From: Mobula birostris
Taxonomy: Eukaryota
DNA length: 64,000 nucleotides
Assembly (NCBI RefSeq): GCF_030028105.1
Contig: NC_092372.1
Span: 125,473,492-125,537,491 of the forward strand
Reading direction: 5' to 3'
The translations under genes and the position numbers were made by a program. Positions 13,615-27,334 of this stretch are shown in pieces (positions within the stretch are counted from its first letter, which is position 1; every line of letters starts with the position of its first letter). The notes beneath the pieces are model-generated. The model saw only the letters and a program-made list of their open reading frames with translations. It ran no database searches and was not told the origin of the DNA.

Positions 13615-15500
13615 ATAGCTAATACTTTATTGATACTAAAGGAAATTACAGTGTCACAATAGCATTACAAGTGCACAGTACAAATACAAGAGAAGCAAGA
13701 AAGAATTAAAAAAATAGGTTTCCTCAAATAGTCTAACAGGAGGGGGGGGGGGTCATCACTTCCCCGGCTATAGGCTGACTCATTATAGAGCCTAATGGCT
13801 GAGGTTAAGAATGGCCTCATATAGCTCTCTTTGGAGCAACACAATAGCTTTCGTCGTTAGGTCGCATCTGGAACTTCCAGTCGGCGGACGATTTCCCTCC
13901 ACGCCGCTCTGACATATTGGGAAATCATGTACTCGGCAGGTGACAGCAGCGGTTTGCCTTTGCCTTCTGCCGGGTGAGATCACCACCTCTTGCAGTGGAT
14001 GAGCAGTAAGTCTAAGTCCCTCGTCGTGCTCTTAGCGCTCCACCACGCCTGCCGGCCTGCCTTCTTGACCGTTGGACCATTAATCGAACTTTTCCACTCA
14101 ATCTGCCATGGCCTGACTTCACACGCTGGGACAGGCAGATCCCCTACCTCACCGAGGGTCGAGGACCCGTCGGCTACCCTCACCTAGTTTGGCCCGTCTG
14201 CCGAGACGGTTTACCGGGGTGCGTTAAAGCTACTTGGAGCCACAGGTGAGAGCTGAGCGCCGGGTGGGGTCCAAAGGTGGACGAGCTGCCCTGAAAAAGG
14301 GCACGGCAGGCCCCCCACCAGAGGTGCTACCCCTCCCTAGACACCCCATACACCCCACAATTGCTTTAGTCTATTACTAAAAGTGCTCCTATGTTCAGCC
14401 GATGTGGCATCCAGAGGGTGAGAAACATTGCCCAGAATTGCCATTATTTTCTGTAGGGTATTTTGTTCTGCCACAGGCTCCAGTGTGAGCAGTTTGATTT
14501 CCATAGCAGAGCCAGCCTTCCTAATCAGTTTATTGAGCCTGTTGGTATCACCCATGTTGATGCCATTGCCCCAGTACACCACCGCATAGACGATTGTACT
14601 GGCGATAAGAGACCGGTAGAACATGTGAAGGAGAGGCCTGCAGACTCCAAAGGACCTCAGGAAAAAGAGGCGACTCTGTCCCTTCTCGTACACAGCTTCT
14701 GTGTTGGTGCTCCACTCAAGCCTGTCGTCCAGGTGCACCCCCACATATTTGTAGGGTCTCATCGCATCCACGTCCTCACCATCAATAATAACAGGGAGCA
14801 ATGCAGGCTTAGCCTTCCTAAGGTCCATCTCCATCTCCATCTCCTTTGTCTTACTGATGTGGAGCTGCAGATGATCCAGCTTGTACCATTTGACAAAGTC
14901 CTCCACCAGGGCCCTGTATTCATCCTCCCATTATACACCCAACTATTGCTGAATCATCAGAGAATTCCTGCAGATGACATGACTCAGTGTTGTATCTAAA
15001 GTTCGAGGTATACAGGGTAAACAGGAAGGGAGCCAACACAGTCCCCAGTGCTGCTTATAGCCATGTCTGACACACAGCTCTGAAGCTGTACAAACTGCGG
15101 TCTGCCAATCTAGTAGTCCCTTATCCGGGATTCAATGGAAATGCCATCCTGCATTGAACGGAGCTTTTCCCCAGCAATGAGGGCTGTATGGTATTGAAAG
15201 CACTTGAGAAATCAAAAAGCATGATCCTCACAGTGCTGCCCTGCTTATCCAGATGGGACTAAGCTCGGTTCAGCAGGTAGTTGACAGCATTATCAACTCT
15301 AATGTGCTCCTGGTTGGCAAAGCGCAGGGGATCGAGGGCAGATCTGGAAAAGGGTTAAAGGTGAGCTAGGACCAGTCTCTCTAGAGTCTTCAAGATGTGT
15401 GAGGTCAGGGCCAGTAGACAGTAGTAATTTAAGATATTTAGTTGGCCCTTCTTGGGTACTGCGTCCACACATGATGTTTCCATAGTCAGGACCCTTTCCA
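13615..15500 (-). mobile_element. Rex1/Babar-type LINE, 5'-truncated, interrupted by an RTE-derived insert
   Basis: ORF 14337-14906 (SKTKEM, GVHLDDRLEW, GQSRLFFLR, LIRKAGS) plus RT remnants up to about 15500. Confidence 0.75.
13852..14355 (-). mobile_element. About 0.5-kb non-autonomous RTE-derived element
   Basis: 12-bp TSD cacaatagcttt (13840-13851) / cacaattgcttt (14356-14367). RTE-like 5' UTR motif gaggtgctacccctccc.agacaccccatacacccc on +; RTE-like C-terminal codons (AWREIVRRLEVPDAT*) at the 3' end on -. Confidence 0.65.
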
Positions 15501-15539
15501 GGCTGAGACTCGGATTGAAAATGCCTAGTCCCATCCTGA

Positions 15540-15890
15540 CCGTAACCCTGACTAGTAATGCTACCCCTCTTCCTTTAATTCCTCCCGCTCTGTCACACCT
15601 AAAACTCCAGAACTCCGGAATACTGAGCTGCCAGTCCTGCCCTTCCTGCAACCAAGCCTCACTAACTGATACAATGTCATAATTCCACATGCTAATCCAT
15701 GCCCCAAGTTTATTTGCCTTTCCTACAATGCTCCTTGCATTAAAATATACACAGCTCAGAACATTAGTCCCACCATGCTCCTGACTTTGTATTAAAGGCT
15801 TAGTAACATTTTTCTCTACAACCACTCCACACTCTGTTCTGGCTTCCTGGTACCCATTGCCCTGCAACTTTAGCTTGAACCCTCTCCATC
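15540..15890 (-). mobile_element. CR1 ORF1/ORF2 junction fragment
   Basis: CVYFNARSIVGKA...YDIVSVSEAWLQEGQDWQL endonuclease start. Confidence 0.8.
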
Positions 15891-18800
15891 CCCACCCCCC
15901 TGGCCTGCAGCACTAGTAAATCTTTCCGCTAGGAATTAGACCCACTCCAGTTCGTTATCAGTCACTACTTCAAACAGCGACTCACTCCTGACGAGACTTA
16001 CAGTTTGCAAATGGTTCCCACCCTGTAAGATGTCTCTCTCTCTACTTCAAACATTCTTTAAACTAAAATAAATTCCTAATATAAATTCGTTTTTTTTCTT
16101 GCTCATTGTACAAATGTTACATGGATTAATGATATATCATAAAGTAGATATAAAGTCTATTATTACATTTCACCTTTTGTTAGTGCACTAAAGCATATTT
16201 GCATTTAGCGCTAGCATCAAATAAGGTCTCCCTCTATCTCAAAGTAGGTCAAACTCCACTTGGAGCAGAGTTACGTTGGTTTTCATCTACGCCAGGACCT
16301 GTGTGTTGCTAATGAGGCAAGGCTCAATCCACCATGGATAATGGGCACCAGCCCATTAATACAGACAGAGGCAACAAGAAATGCTGAAGGCTATAGAGAG
16401 CTGCTCCATATAGTGGATGAAACAGCTTCCCGTGGAGTGAACTGATAATTCCTTATTTTGGTTTATATCATTTTATGGCATATGTGAGTCTTGTATACGT
16501 TCACAAAGCAAATCAGCTGTCTCAGTATTTATCGGGAAGACAGTCCAGAAAAATGACATACCTCTCCATAATCCAGTCAGTACTATGAGCATGGAAACTT
16601 TTCTAATTATGCAGTGGGAAAGAGCTGACTGCGGTTGGCACCAATTCTAATCTTTCTAATCCATATGTGGCTGTCTGGCCAGGAATATTCCATGTGTGTG
16701 GTTCTGTAGCTAGACGTTAATCTGCTGTTAAACATAGCTCTGCAATGCATCATGGAAGCCTGAAGGCCACACATTGTGTTTCAGAAACTTCAGCACATAC
16801 AGGATTTTCTTCTTCAGTGAGATCCTGGGTAAGTTCCTGCAATGCCAGCTTTGCTGTCTGTTTAGTAATTAAGGCCGTTTGCTTTCTCAGGTGACCACAA
16901 ATTAACCTGTGGCAAGTTCAAGGAGCAGCAGTGGATTTGGAGTCCTTACCAACATTCAGCAGCATGCCAATAATCACTAAAACATATTCAGTACAAAGAA
17001 CACACTGAAGCCAAAAATAACCTGCTGAACTTTATATGTAACAGCTAATGGACAATATTGTTAAATAATTGTACACTTCTCTTTATTGTAGAATATTGCG
17101 TGCTGTTAAAGCCAAACACTTCAATAACTCCACACAGCACAGCGAGCATCAGTGAAGAAGCTAAGGTTATTTATTCACTCGGACAGAACTGAAAGGAATT
17201 TGCTTTTACTTCTGGAAATGCATCAAGTTTCTTGAACACGTACTTAATGTCTTGAACTCGAGTTCTTTGATAGCAGTTACTGTGAAATGTCCCAATCGAA
17301 ATGAAGCTCCAAGCTACTTACTGTGGTTTTAAATACTGGACTGCCTGAAGCCTGTAAGAAGGTTTCATGTTAATAAAATGCAATACTTTGTGTAGAGAAC
17401 ACCAGTGTCATGTAGGACACGTCAGTGTGTCATATTCAGTATTCACTGCTGCTTTATGCTTTACAATAAAACACTGTGTACCCTTTAGCTGTTTAGTTCT
17501 TTCATTTCAGGTCTGTCAGCATCTCATCTCCTACCTCACACCATTTACAACTGAAACTTCTGGATTCACCTTCAGGGTTTCTGGTAGTTTTTTTTATTTC
17601 TATCCCAAGACTTATCTTTCACAAGATGTTTAATCATGAAAATTATCATAAACAAATTGATTAACTTTAAACAGCTCTTCAAATAACTGGAACACAACAC
17701 ATACTGATATGCAGCAATTTACTGACAAATCAGTTTATTTTAAGTGGCACATCCAGGTGTTATCTTGTGCACCAATGACCAATTTATGAAAGGGTCACTT
17801 CTACCACGTATATTGCTGCTAAAAGCAATGTAGATCTGTTATGGAAAGACAGCTGTAAGAATCATTCTCACTTGAGCATGCTCACAGTCAATCATACCAC
17901 ACTTCACTCCAAGTGCAAGTCAACTATGAAACACCTGTTTACACCAAGCATGTTTTATTCCTTTTAAATTCCCAACAACTCTGCCTAAATTCTATTACTC
18001 CACCACACACTAATGGAAATTTTCATTTCTTTGTTTTACTCTGCCGCATGACGTGGGTAATCATGGTCTTGCCAAGAACAATCATGGTCATGGAAAATTT
18101 TGCTACAGAAGTGGTCTCACGGATAAAGGAGGTTACATTAAAGCAGAGGGGAGGTTGCCAGTGTGATTCCTGCTGATAGTGGAAAGGGGCGTGTGGGATC
18201 ACATTAAATCTGGTGGAAGTTTTGAAGAATGATGTGCTGGATGCCGAGGCTGATGGGGTATACAGACCAAGAGAATTCTATCCCTATTGTATGTTAGGGA
18301 GGATAAGAATGGGTGGGGGGGGATGGAAGAAAGGCATGGCATCCCAGCAAAGGACAGAGTGGGAGATGTAATCTAGGGAACCATGGGAGTCAATAAGTTT
18401 GTAGTAAATGCTTTGGATAGTTTGTCTCAAGATGGAGACAGATCAGGAAAGGAGAGGCATCTGAAAAAGTCCCAGTAATCTTGAGGACAGGTGCAAGTTA
18501 ACAGAGAAGTTGATGAAATTAATGAGTTCTGCACAGCTGCTGAGGCAGAACCAATTCTTGAACTAATTGTAGTGTTTAAAGTTGGAGTGAAGCCAGAGCA
18601 GATTTGGAAAAGAGATTGCTCGGTGTAGCCAATGCAAGGCAGTCATATCTAGGCCTATTGCTTGGATTTGGAGAAAGCGATAGTAATCAAAGGAGAATTT
18701 GTTCTGGATAAACAAATTCTGCCAGACATAGGCAAGCGTTAAGAGGGGAACTGATTAAATCCACGTTTAAAAAGGTAACTGGAGTTCTTCAGGTCCTCCC

Positions 18801-19014
18801 ATCGGGGTAGGGAATTGTGTAGGGAGTAGAATTCCATAGTGAAGGCAAGGCAGTGAGGGGAGGGGGAGGGACTTGAAAGTTGGTAAAATGGTAGACGTCG
18901 TGCAGAGTGCCCAGATTCCGGTGGAACTGAAAGGTGAGAGGGCGCGAGAGGGGGAGAGAGAGAGACAGAGAGAGCGACCGACCAAGGTGACAGTTTACGT
19001 AACTTTATATAAGC

Positions 19015-19625
19015 TAGATCAGAATCAGAATCTGGCTTATTATCACCAGCATGTGACGTGAAATTGTTAACTTAGCAGCAGCAGTTCAATGTAATAAATA
19101 ATCTAGTAGAGAGAGAGAAAATAATTAAAATAAAACATAATACTAAATAAACAAGTAAATCAATTACGTATATTGAATAGATTTTTAAAATTGTGCAAAA
19201 AAACAGAAATACTGTATATTAAAAAAAAGTGAGGTAGTGTCCAAAGCTTCAATGTCCATTTAGGAATCGGATGGCAGAGGGGAAGAAGCTGTTCCTGAAT
19301 CGCTGAGTGTGTGCCTTCAGACTTCTGTACCTCCTACCTGATGGTAACAGTGAGAAAAGGACATGCCCTGGGTGCTGGAGGTCCTTAATACTGGACACTG
19401 CCTTTCTGAGACACTGCTCCCTGAAGATGTCCTGGGTGTTTTGTAGGCTAGTACCTAAGATGGAGCTGACTAGATTTACAACCTTCTGCAGCTTCTTTCG
19501 GTCCTGTGCAGTAGCCCCTCCATACCAGACAGTTTTGCAGCCTGTCAGAATGCCCTCCACAGTACAACTATAGAAGTTTTTGAGTGTATTTGTTGACATG
19601 CCAAATCTCTTCAAACTCCTAATGT
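19015..19625 (-). mobile_element. Rex1-type LINE 3' end
   Basis: ORF 19249-19614 (KRFGMS, ILTGC, LPSGRRYRSLKAHTQRFRNSFFPSA) and tail cagaatcagaatc. Confidence 0.8.
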
Positions 19626-19739
19626 CCCATCAGCAATGGTGTCAGTTCAATATCTGCATATACATCAAAGCTTATATTGTCCAGAAAGACACAAATTGGA
19701 GCAGCCCATCTTATAATTTGTTTTTAAACCAGATTATTT

Positions 19740-20960
19740 CAGGGACTACTCTCTTTGTGATCCCGTGTCCATTCTTACCTCCCTACTGATCTCTCTGTAG
19801 GAACTTATCCCTGCAAGCAAAAGTGATACACAGGTCCATTTTCCTCCATTCAGGGCCCCGCACAATCTTTCCAGGTAGGCAACACTTTACCTGTGAATCT
19901 GCTGGGCTTGTCCATTGTGTCCGGTGCTCCCGATGCAGCCTCCTTCACATTGGTGAGACCCAACGAAGACTGGGGGACCGCTTTGTCGAGTACCTTCGCT
20001 CCATCTGCTAAAAACAGGATTTCCTGGTGGCCAACCATTTTAATTCCAATCTCCATTTTGACACAAGGCCATAAGACATTGGAGCAGAATTAGGGCATTC
20101 AGCTCATTAAGTCTGCTGCATGATTTGATCATAGCTGATCCATCTTTCTCTCAATGCAGTTCTCCTGCCTTCTCCCCATTACCTTTAACACCCTGATTAA
20201 TTAAGAATATATCAACCTCCGTCTTAAATACAATCAACAATCGGGCAACCACCTGTGGCAACTAATTCCACAGATTCACCACCCTCTGGCTAAAGAAATT
20301 CCTCATCTCCATTCTGAATGTACGTCCTTCTGTTTTCAGGCTGTGTCCTCCAGTACTAGTCTCCTCATCATAGGAAACACCCTCTTCGCATCTACTTTAT
20401 CGAAGCCTTCTCCCAAGTCCCTTTGCAACTTGGATTTTTGAATTTTCTCCCTGTGTAGCAAATAGACTACTTTCAAGACACGGCATGCTCTACTATTCTT
20501 AGGTTGGAGGAGCAAAACCTCATTTTCCATGTGGCTAGCCTCCAAACTGATGGCATGAATATTAATTTTTTTAAGCTCCCCGCCCCCTTCAATTCCCTAT
20601 TCTGGTTTCCCTTTCACCCCTTCTCTTCACCTAACTCTTCCCCCTGGTCCCTTCTCCTTCTCTTTCTCTCATAGCTCACTCTTCTCTCCCATCAGATTCC
20701 TCCACTAGCCCTTCACCTTTTCCACCTATCATCTCCCAGCTTCTTAATTCAAACAACCCCCACACCCTCCTAGCTTCACCTATCACTTTCTACCTTCCTC
20801 CAACCATCCCCCCCCACCCATTTTATTCTGGATTCTTCCCTCTTCCTTTCCTGTCCTGATGAAGGTTTTCAGCTCAAAACGACAACTGCTTATTCTTCTC
20901 CATAGATACTGCCTGAGCTGCTGAGTTCCTCCAGAATTTTGTGTGTGTTATTCAGTGCTC
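19740..20960 (+). mobile_element. Penelope-like element 3' part (degenerate GIY-YIG and terminal repeat), interrupted by a CR1 3' end at about 20065-20410 (-)
   Basis: FTCESAGLVHCVRCSRCSLLHIGETQRRLGDRF; pyrimidine-rich 3' UTR; terminal cctgatgaagg...tagatactgcctgagctgctgagttcctccag. Confidence 0.75.
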
Positions 20961-22136
20961 AGGCATGCTTCCTATAGAGGGAAATGAAGAGTCTGTGTTG
21001 GGTCAAAACCTAGAAACAGTGCAGATGTTGCCTGACCCACTGAATTTCTCCAGAATTTTGCATGTGTACATAATGAATTGTACAACTGCACTGGAGCCTA
21101 CAGAATTCTCACATTTTCAGAAAGACTTTAATTGGATTTGTTTCAGGCACTCAAACACTCCTACTGGGTGCTTTAATTGTGCATTTCACCCAAACAATTC
21201 TTAAAGCCTAAGCAAGCTTCTACACACAACCAGATGGATAACTTTCACAATGTTTTGTTAAAGCTCCCCATGATACAACTAGTTTACGATCAAATGTTTC
21301 CCACCTCACTAGCAGGATGTAAAATAGCCACTGGGTCTTAGAATTATTACTTCAGCGCATTCAGTCGACATCAGGTCTCTGTCGACCCATTCAGCCAATC
21401 ACATTCCCTGCTTTCCCACATATGTTTATAAGCTTATTTCATTCAGGTGCTATTCCAATTTCCTTTTGAAATCATTGATTGCCCATAGTTATAGGTGGCA
21501 AGCTATCAGCTCTTGCTGAACAAAGTTCTACCTCACATTCCAAACTAATCTTTTTACTGAAACAACCCCAGATTCTCTAACAAAATTTGTAGCTCTATTC
21601 CTGGAAGCATCTTCACAAATCTGATCAGTGTACAAAGGCTTCAGTTTCTTAAGTTTATGATGACCAGAACAGTATGCATACTTTATAAAACATTCAACAC
21701 AACTTTCGTAGTTTTGTACTTTTTACATGGCATCTAAGATCATTACACTTTACCATCTATTCTTAATATAATCAAAGGTCTACACAAATGAACCTCCAGG
21801 TTTCTTGGTTCCAGTCCACTTTCAGGTTATGCCTTCAAGTCTATGTTGCTTCTCCCCATCTACTGGAGCAAAAGGCCAAACTCACATTTTCTCCTTTGTT
21901 AAAAGTCCATCTTCACTTTCTATAATATGAAATCTAGGAAACACTCAACATCCATTCCCTAACAGCATCAGTAACGCTTAAGCACAGAATACAAGCTGAA
22001 GTGATTTTATCTCAATACCAGCATTCTGAAATTCCCACAGGATGAAGATGTTTCATTTAATCAAAAACTCCCAGAAACTATTCCCACTTTTAGATGAGTA
22101 TACCAACCAGGTTCAATCAATTACAAGTCCTAGTTT

Positions 22137-22365
22137 TCAGTTCTTGCTGCTTCCTATTCCTTTGGACCACATCTTTAAACACAAACTACTTGGTTTTTGA
22201 TGGCAATCCAAAGAGTTACTCGTCTGACCACGTTTCCACTCAAAGCAGCAAGCCACAGAGCTGCTCAGCGAGTACACAGTGATAACAATGTCAGTGTTCT
22301 TAAAGACATCATGAATTATCTGAGCAACTTTATTCCAGCTGAGTTTGTCCAATCCACATCCAATC
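22137..22365 (-). CDS. OARD1: OARD1/TARG1 last coding exon
   Basis: Acceptor tctttctttacag, then [34 protein letters not shown] (human [34 protein letters not shown]) plus 42 extra residues to TGA at 22139-22137. Confidence 0.93.
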
Positions 22366-22635
22366 CTGTAAAGAAAGACAATTAGAAGAAAAGTAGTCCA
22401 TACTAGTGATTTTTGGCTTCAAATGATAGTCTATGTAAAAAAGTCAGTATAACCCCATACTTTCAAATGCTGCAACAAAGATCCTGCCTTTAGATAGCTG
22501 AACATTTAAAAAAAATAAATCTCACGTTCATACATAACAATTTCACATTAATATGCAACACCCAGCTTGCATTATATTTCTCCCTCACCCCCATTAATGT
22601 TTTGCTCATTTATCTAGACCAGGGTGTTCTATTAC

Positions 22636-22748
22636 CTGGGCATTGAGATGCATGTGACTTGATTTCTGATACAGTGTCTCTTCATGGCCTCCAGGCTGCT
22701 CTGTAGACTTTCATAAGTTGGCTTTTGAAAGGCTTTCTTTTTAGTAAT
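22636..22748 (-). CDS. OARD1: OARD1 coding exon 4 (113 nt)
   Basis: ag|[37 protein letters not shown](R)|gt; phase 0 to 2. Confidence 0.95.
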
Positions 22749-24984
22749 CTGTGCAATAATAATCCCACTTAATATTAACCAATTACTCTTTGGATTAATA
22801 GAGAGTGAAACATTAAACTGGTTATTTGTTCAAGGTAAAGGCAAGGCACTGTCTCAACTAAATAGCATATAAATAGTTTGGAAATGTAATAACAAAAATC
22901 AATTTGATTACTGAAGCATATTCTAACATCGGATTTCTTAAAATATTTCTCTCAAACTCTGAATTCTCAAATCAGAAATGAAGAACAACTTTTGCAGCCA
23001 TCCTTGTGCTTCTTGGTGATGGGAGGAGGCTTTGGAAGTGCATCAGAATGGTGTTGGTGAGCAACACCATACATACCACAGCCAGTGCGTGCACCAGTGG
23101 AGGAAGGTACTGTTTTAAAAACAACAGCTGCTGTTCACTTTCACCTCGGATGGAGAGATTCTCACCCAGGCAGGTAAAGTCACTCATTCTGGCAAGAGGA
23201 GAGTATTCCACATTGTCCTTAAGTTGTGCCTTCTAGGTGAAGGGACGGCTTTGGGGTGGCACTTGAATCACTGACCACATGATATTCAAACAGCAGTTGT
23301 GGCATTTGCTTTGGGTCAGGGCTCTGGGGCATTGATAGGGGACTTCAGGATGGCAATGCTTTGAATGACAAGTGATTTTACTACTTCATCCCACGTGTGA
23401 ATTGAATCTTGATTATCTTTCACATAGACAATGGACAGCAACACTGGAACTGGAAATGCAATTGGACATTGTGGAATTAACACTCTTTCTAACACTCACA
23501 ACACGCTGGAGGAACTCAGCTGGTCGGGCAGCGTCCTTTCTACATCTGATCTAATGATGGCAGGGAAGTCACTGATAAAGCTCTAGTTTGGTGGTTGAGC
23601 CTATAGAAGAATTTCTGCAGCAAGGCTAATCACAGTCTAATTAGACTGAGAAATCTATCTAGCTTCTCCAAAGCCATCCCTCAACTTCCCAGAAACTAGC
23701 CAGCTGAATTTTGGAGAAAAATTACCAATGCTTCCCACTTATTCCCCTTACAGTGCATTCCACACACTAATTACTTGCTCTACAAAATACTTCTCATATC
23801 ACTTTTGGTTCCTGTGCCAGTTCCTTCTATCTTGTTTGCTGACTCCCTTCTGCCAATGGGAATTGTTTCTCTTAATGTTATGCCCATTACCTGACACTAT
23901 CTTGCTGGAGAAACTCAGCAGATCAGGCCACAACAGTCAATGCCAACCTTCAGGGTGTCGACTAAAAACTTTTGACTGATTATTCCTCTCCTTAGACGCT
24001 GCCTGACCTGTTGAGTTCCTCCAGCATTTTCTGTGTTGTCTGGATTTCTAGTATCTGCGGAATCCCTTGTGTGTCTATGACACTATCAATCTCCTTTTGC
24101 AAGTTAAAGAAGCACATTCACATGTTAATTTAGCCAAAAAAAAATCAAGTCAGTTGTCTAAACAAATTAACTCTGACTTCCCTTTATTAATCCAAACTTT
24201 GAGTGACTGCCTATTTTGTCTGTTATTCCTATAGCTATTTTTAAACAAAGGTGTAAAATTTGCTGTCTTATAATCGTCTAGCACCATCGTTGAACCAAAT
24301 CATTTGGCATCAAATTTCTTTCCCTACTTTCTTTGGAAATCTCCGATGTTTCCCTTGCAGACCTGTATTTATCCACTAAATTAGTGACAGCGCGGGCCTT
24401 CTCCAGGTCCTTCCATTCTCTCCCGCGTCATAGTTTAACTGGCCACTACTAGAAGATGCTCCTTATATACAAATGAAATACAGAACTGAAGAACTAACAA
24501 ATCAATTACAAAGTAAATTGGTGCCTAGAGGAAATGGGACTGCTGTGAATTGGCTTAAAATAGGTAGGCTGAATGACTTGTCTTACAAGGATATGGAAAA
24601 GGAAACATTTCAAAAGTACAATCTGGGTGGGCTTCATTGTCCACACCACGGCAGGAAAAAATAAAAATACAGAATACTGTGCCATTAAAATTGTTCATAT
24701 AATATACTGGCACAAGCCCCAAATGAAGCCTGTTATACCAGATAGAACTTGGACACAAAAATATACCAAATGCAAATTGGCACTAAGTGAACATTAAAAC
24801 TAGGATTAAAAGACAATCAGATCACAAATGTTTCATTACCAAACACTGAAATGTCACCGTCAACCAGTGAGCTTCAGTCACTTGAGTTTAGTCATAAGCA
24901 AATAATAGACGCATTTTGGAATTTTGTCAAACCAGAGAACAATGCTATTAGTATGTCTGATATCGTGCAAAACAATTTATTGCC

Positions 24985-25505
24985 TTGAAAAATTCTGGGA
25001 GGCATGCACGAACCTCATGGCGGGCAGGCTGCAGGACGGGGCGCGAGCCGATGTCCGACTCCATTTCACTGATTAAGGCTTCCATTGTGCGCCAATTAAA
25101 GAGATTGAAACATTGAATCTGGTGCAGAGGGCGAGTACCAGCTGCCCGTCTTTTGGTCACTCTGCTACCGGACAGGGGAGAGCCACCCGCTGTGCCCAGA
25201 GACTGTTGCCCAGGTTTTCTGTGTTTTGGATGTGGACTTGCACTAGAGACTTCTTTCAGTCTAATATATTTTTATATTTTGCATTTTTTCCCCGATCTTC
25301 CTCATTTTTTTTGAACAGGGAGGGGGATTTGGGGGAGGTGGTTAACATGCCAGTTCCATTTATGTTTCTTTTATTTTGTGCCGGCTGGGGAGATTTGAGG
25401 GGGTTGATGACCGTGCCACCTTTCTTTTCATTCCTGGCTTCATGGCTACCCAGAGAAGAAGAATTTCAGGATTGTAAACTTAATAATAAATGAACCTTTG
25501 AATCA
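24985..25505 (+). mobile_element. LINE 3' end/UTR fragment in an OARD1 intron
   Basis: Ends in aataataaatgaacctttgaatc, a non-LTR-type tail; family not determined. Confidence 0.45.
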
Positions 25506-25554
25506 AAATTTTAAAAATACTTCATATAGTGAGCAATCATAGTGTTTGATTTAC

Positions 25555-25613
25555 CAGATAGTAAATGTATCTTTGGTCTCTCTTCAGCACTGCCACTTCT
25601 CCAGTTTTCTTCT
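25555..25613 (-). CDS. OARD1: OARD1 coding exon 3 (59 nt)
   Basis: ag|(K)KKTGEVAVLKRDQRYIYYL|gtaaat; phase 1 to 0. Confidence 0.95.
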
Positions 25614-26579
25614 CTGTGAAGCAAAGAAAAGTTGGTCATTTTAGTAACGGGTTTATCAAGAACACAAGAAAAAGCAGAATTAGACCAACTTGGTCCTTTT
25701 TGCCAAGTCTACCATTCAACAACGTGATGGCTAACCTTTTGCCTCAGCACTACTTTCCTGCACCAACTCCATAATATTGGAAAATCTGGCACTGATAAAT
25801 CTCAAATGATGGACTAGGCCTTCATAGATTTCTTGGGTGGTGAATTCCAAGATTTGTTATCCATTGGGGGAAAGAAACAACTTGTATTTGGCTAATTCCT
25901 TGCTGTCTGAACCTGACACCCCAGGAAGTAGAAATATCAACTCTACATCCAATCCCATCTGGAATTTCCTCTCATTCTAAAGTATAGGCCTGTTCAGCTT
26001 AACCTTTCCTCATGTGAAACATACCATCTCAGAAAACAACCTGGTCTACTTTTATTGCACTCTTGTACAAAGATGGCCAAGATAAAAACCAACCATAAGC
26101 TGTAAGAATTTCAGTCAGAAAATATTAAGATTTGGAGTAGAGATAGGCCATTTATCCCTTCCAGCATTATTTAAGGATATTGTACAAAAGGATTGGCTTT
26201 CAGTCCCCTCAGCCACTCAATACAATGGCTGATCTTCTACCACACACTATTTTAATACCACATCTCCATATCCTTCAATTCCTCTAACATCCAAAAACCA
26301 AACTGATACTAGTTTTGAAAACAATCACAGAGTTTATTGTGCCAATAGGAAGAGACAGTCAACAATTTCCTTCCCTCTGAGTGAAGAAATTTCTCATTGA
26401 GTCTTGAAAATGCCCCCCTCCCAAGACTAATCATCCCCCTCAGGATTACCCAGCTAGGTGAAACATCCTACATCCACTCTTGTGCCCTTTAATATTAGAT
26501 GCTTCAGAAAGGACATTCAAGTGGCACCCGTCAAGACTCACAATCCTGGGCCCTGTTTGGCAAATATTTGCCGTGCTTT

Positions 26580-27330
26580 AGCAACCTTCCCTTCGAAGAT
26601 ATACCAGCTAGTGGAGTGGTGTTGCAGCAACAACCTGGCACTCAACGTCAGTAAGACGAAAGAGCTGATTGTGGACTTCAGGAAGGGTAAGACCAAGGAA
26701 CACATACTAATCCTCATAGAGGGATCAGAAGTGCAGAGAATAAGCAGTTTCAAGTTCCTGGATGTCAAGATCTCTGAGGATCTAACCTGCTCCCAATATA
26801 TTAATGCAGCTACCAAGAAGGCAAGACAGTGACTATACTTCATTAGGAGTTTGAAGAGATTTAGTATGTCAACAAAAACACTCAAAAACTTCTATAGATG
26901 TACCGCGGAGAGCATTCTGACAGGCTGCGGCTACTACACAGGACCGAAAGAAGCTGCAGAGGGTCATAAATTTAGTCGGCTCCACCTTGGGTACTAGCCT
27001 ACAAAGTATTCAGGACATCTTTAAGGAGCGGTGTCTCAGAAAGGCAGCGTCCATTATTAAGGACCTCCAGCACCCAGGCCATGCCATTTTCTCACTGTTA
27101 CTATCAGGTAGGAGGTACAGAAGCCTGAAGGCACACACTCAGCGATTCAGGTACAGCTTTTTCCCCTCTGCCAACCAATTCCTAAATGGACATTGAACTC
27201 TTGGACATCACCTCACTTTTTCAATATATATATTTCTGTTTTTGCATAATGTTTAATCTCCGATATACATATACTGTAATTGATTTATTTAGTTTTCTTC
27301 CATATTATGTATATTGCGTTGAACTGAATT
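26580..27330 (+). mobile_element. Rex1-type LINE 3' portion
   Basis: WCCSNNLALNVSKTKELIVDFRK...KKARQ; same family as 19015-19625. Confidence 0.8.
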
Positions 27331-27334
27331 TTTG

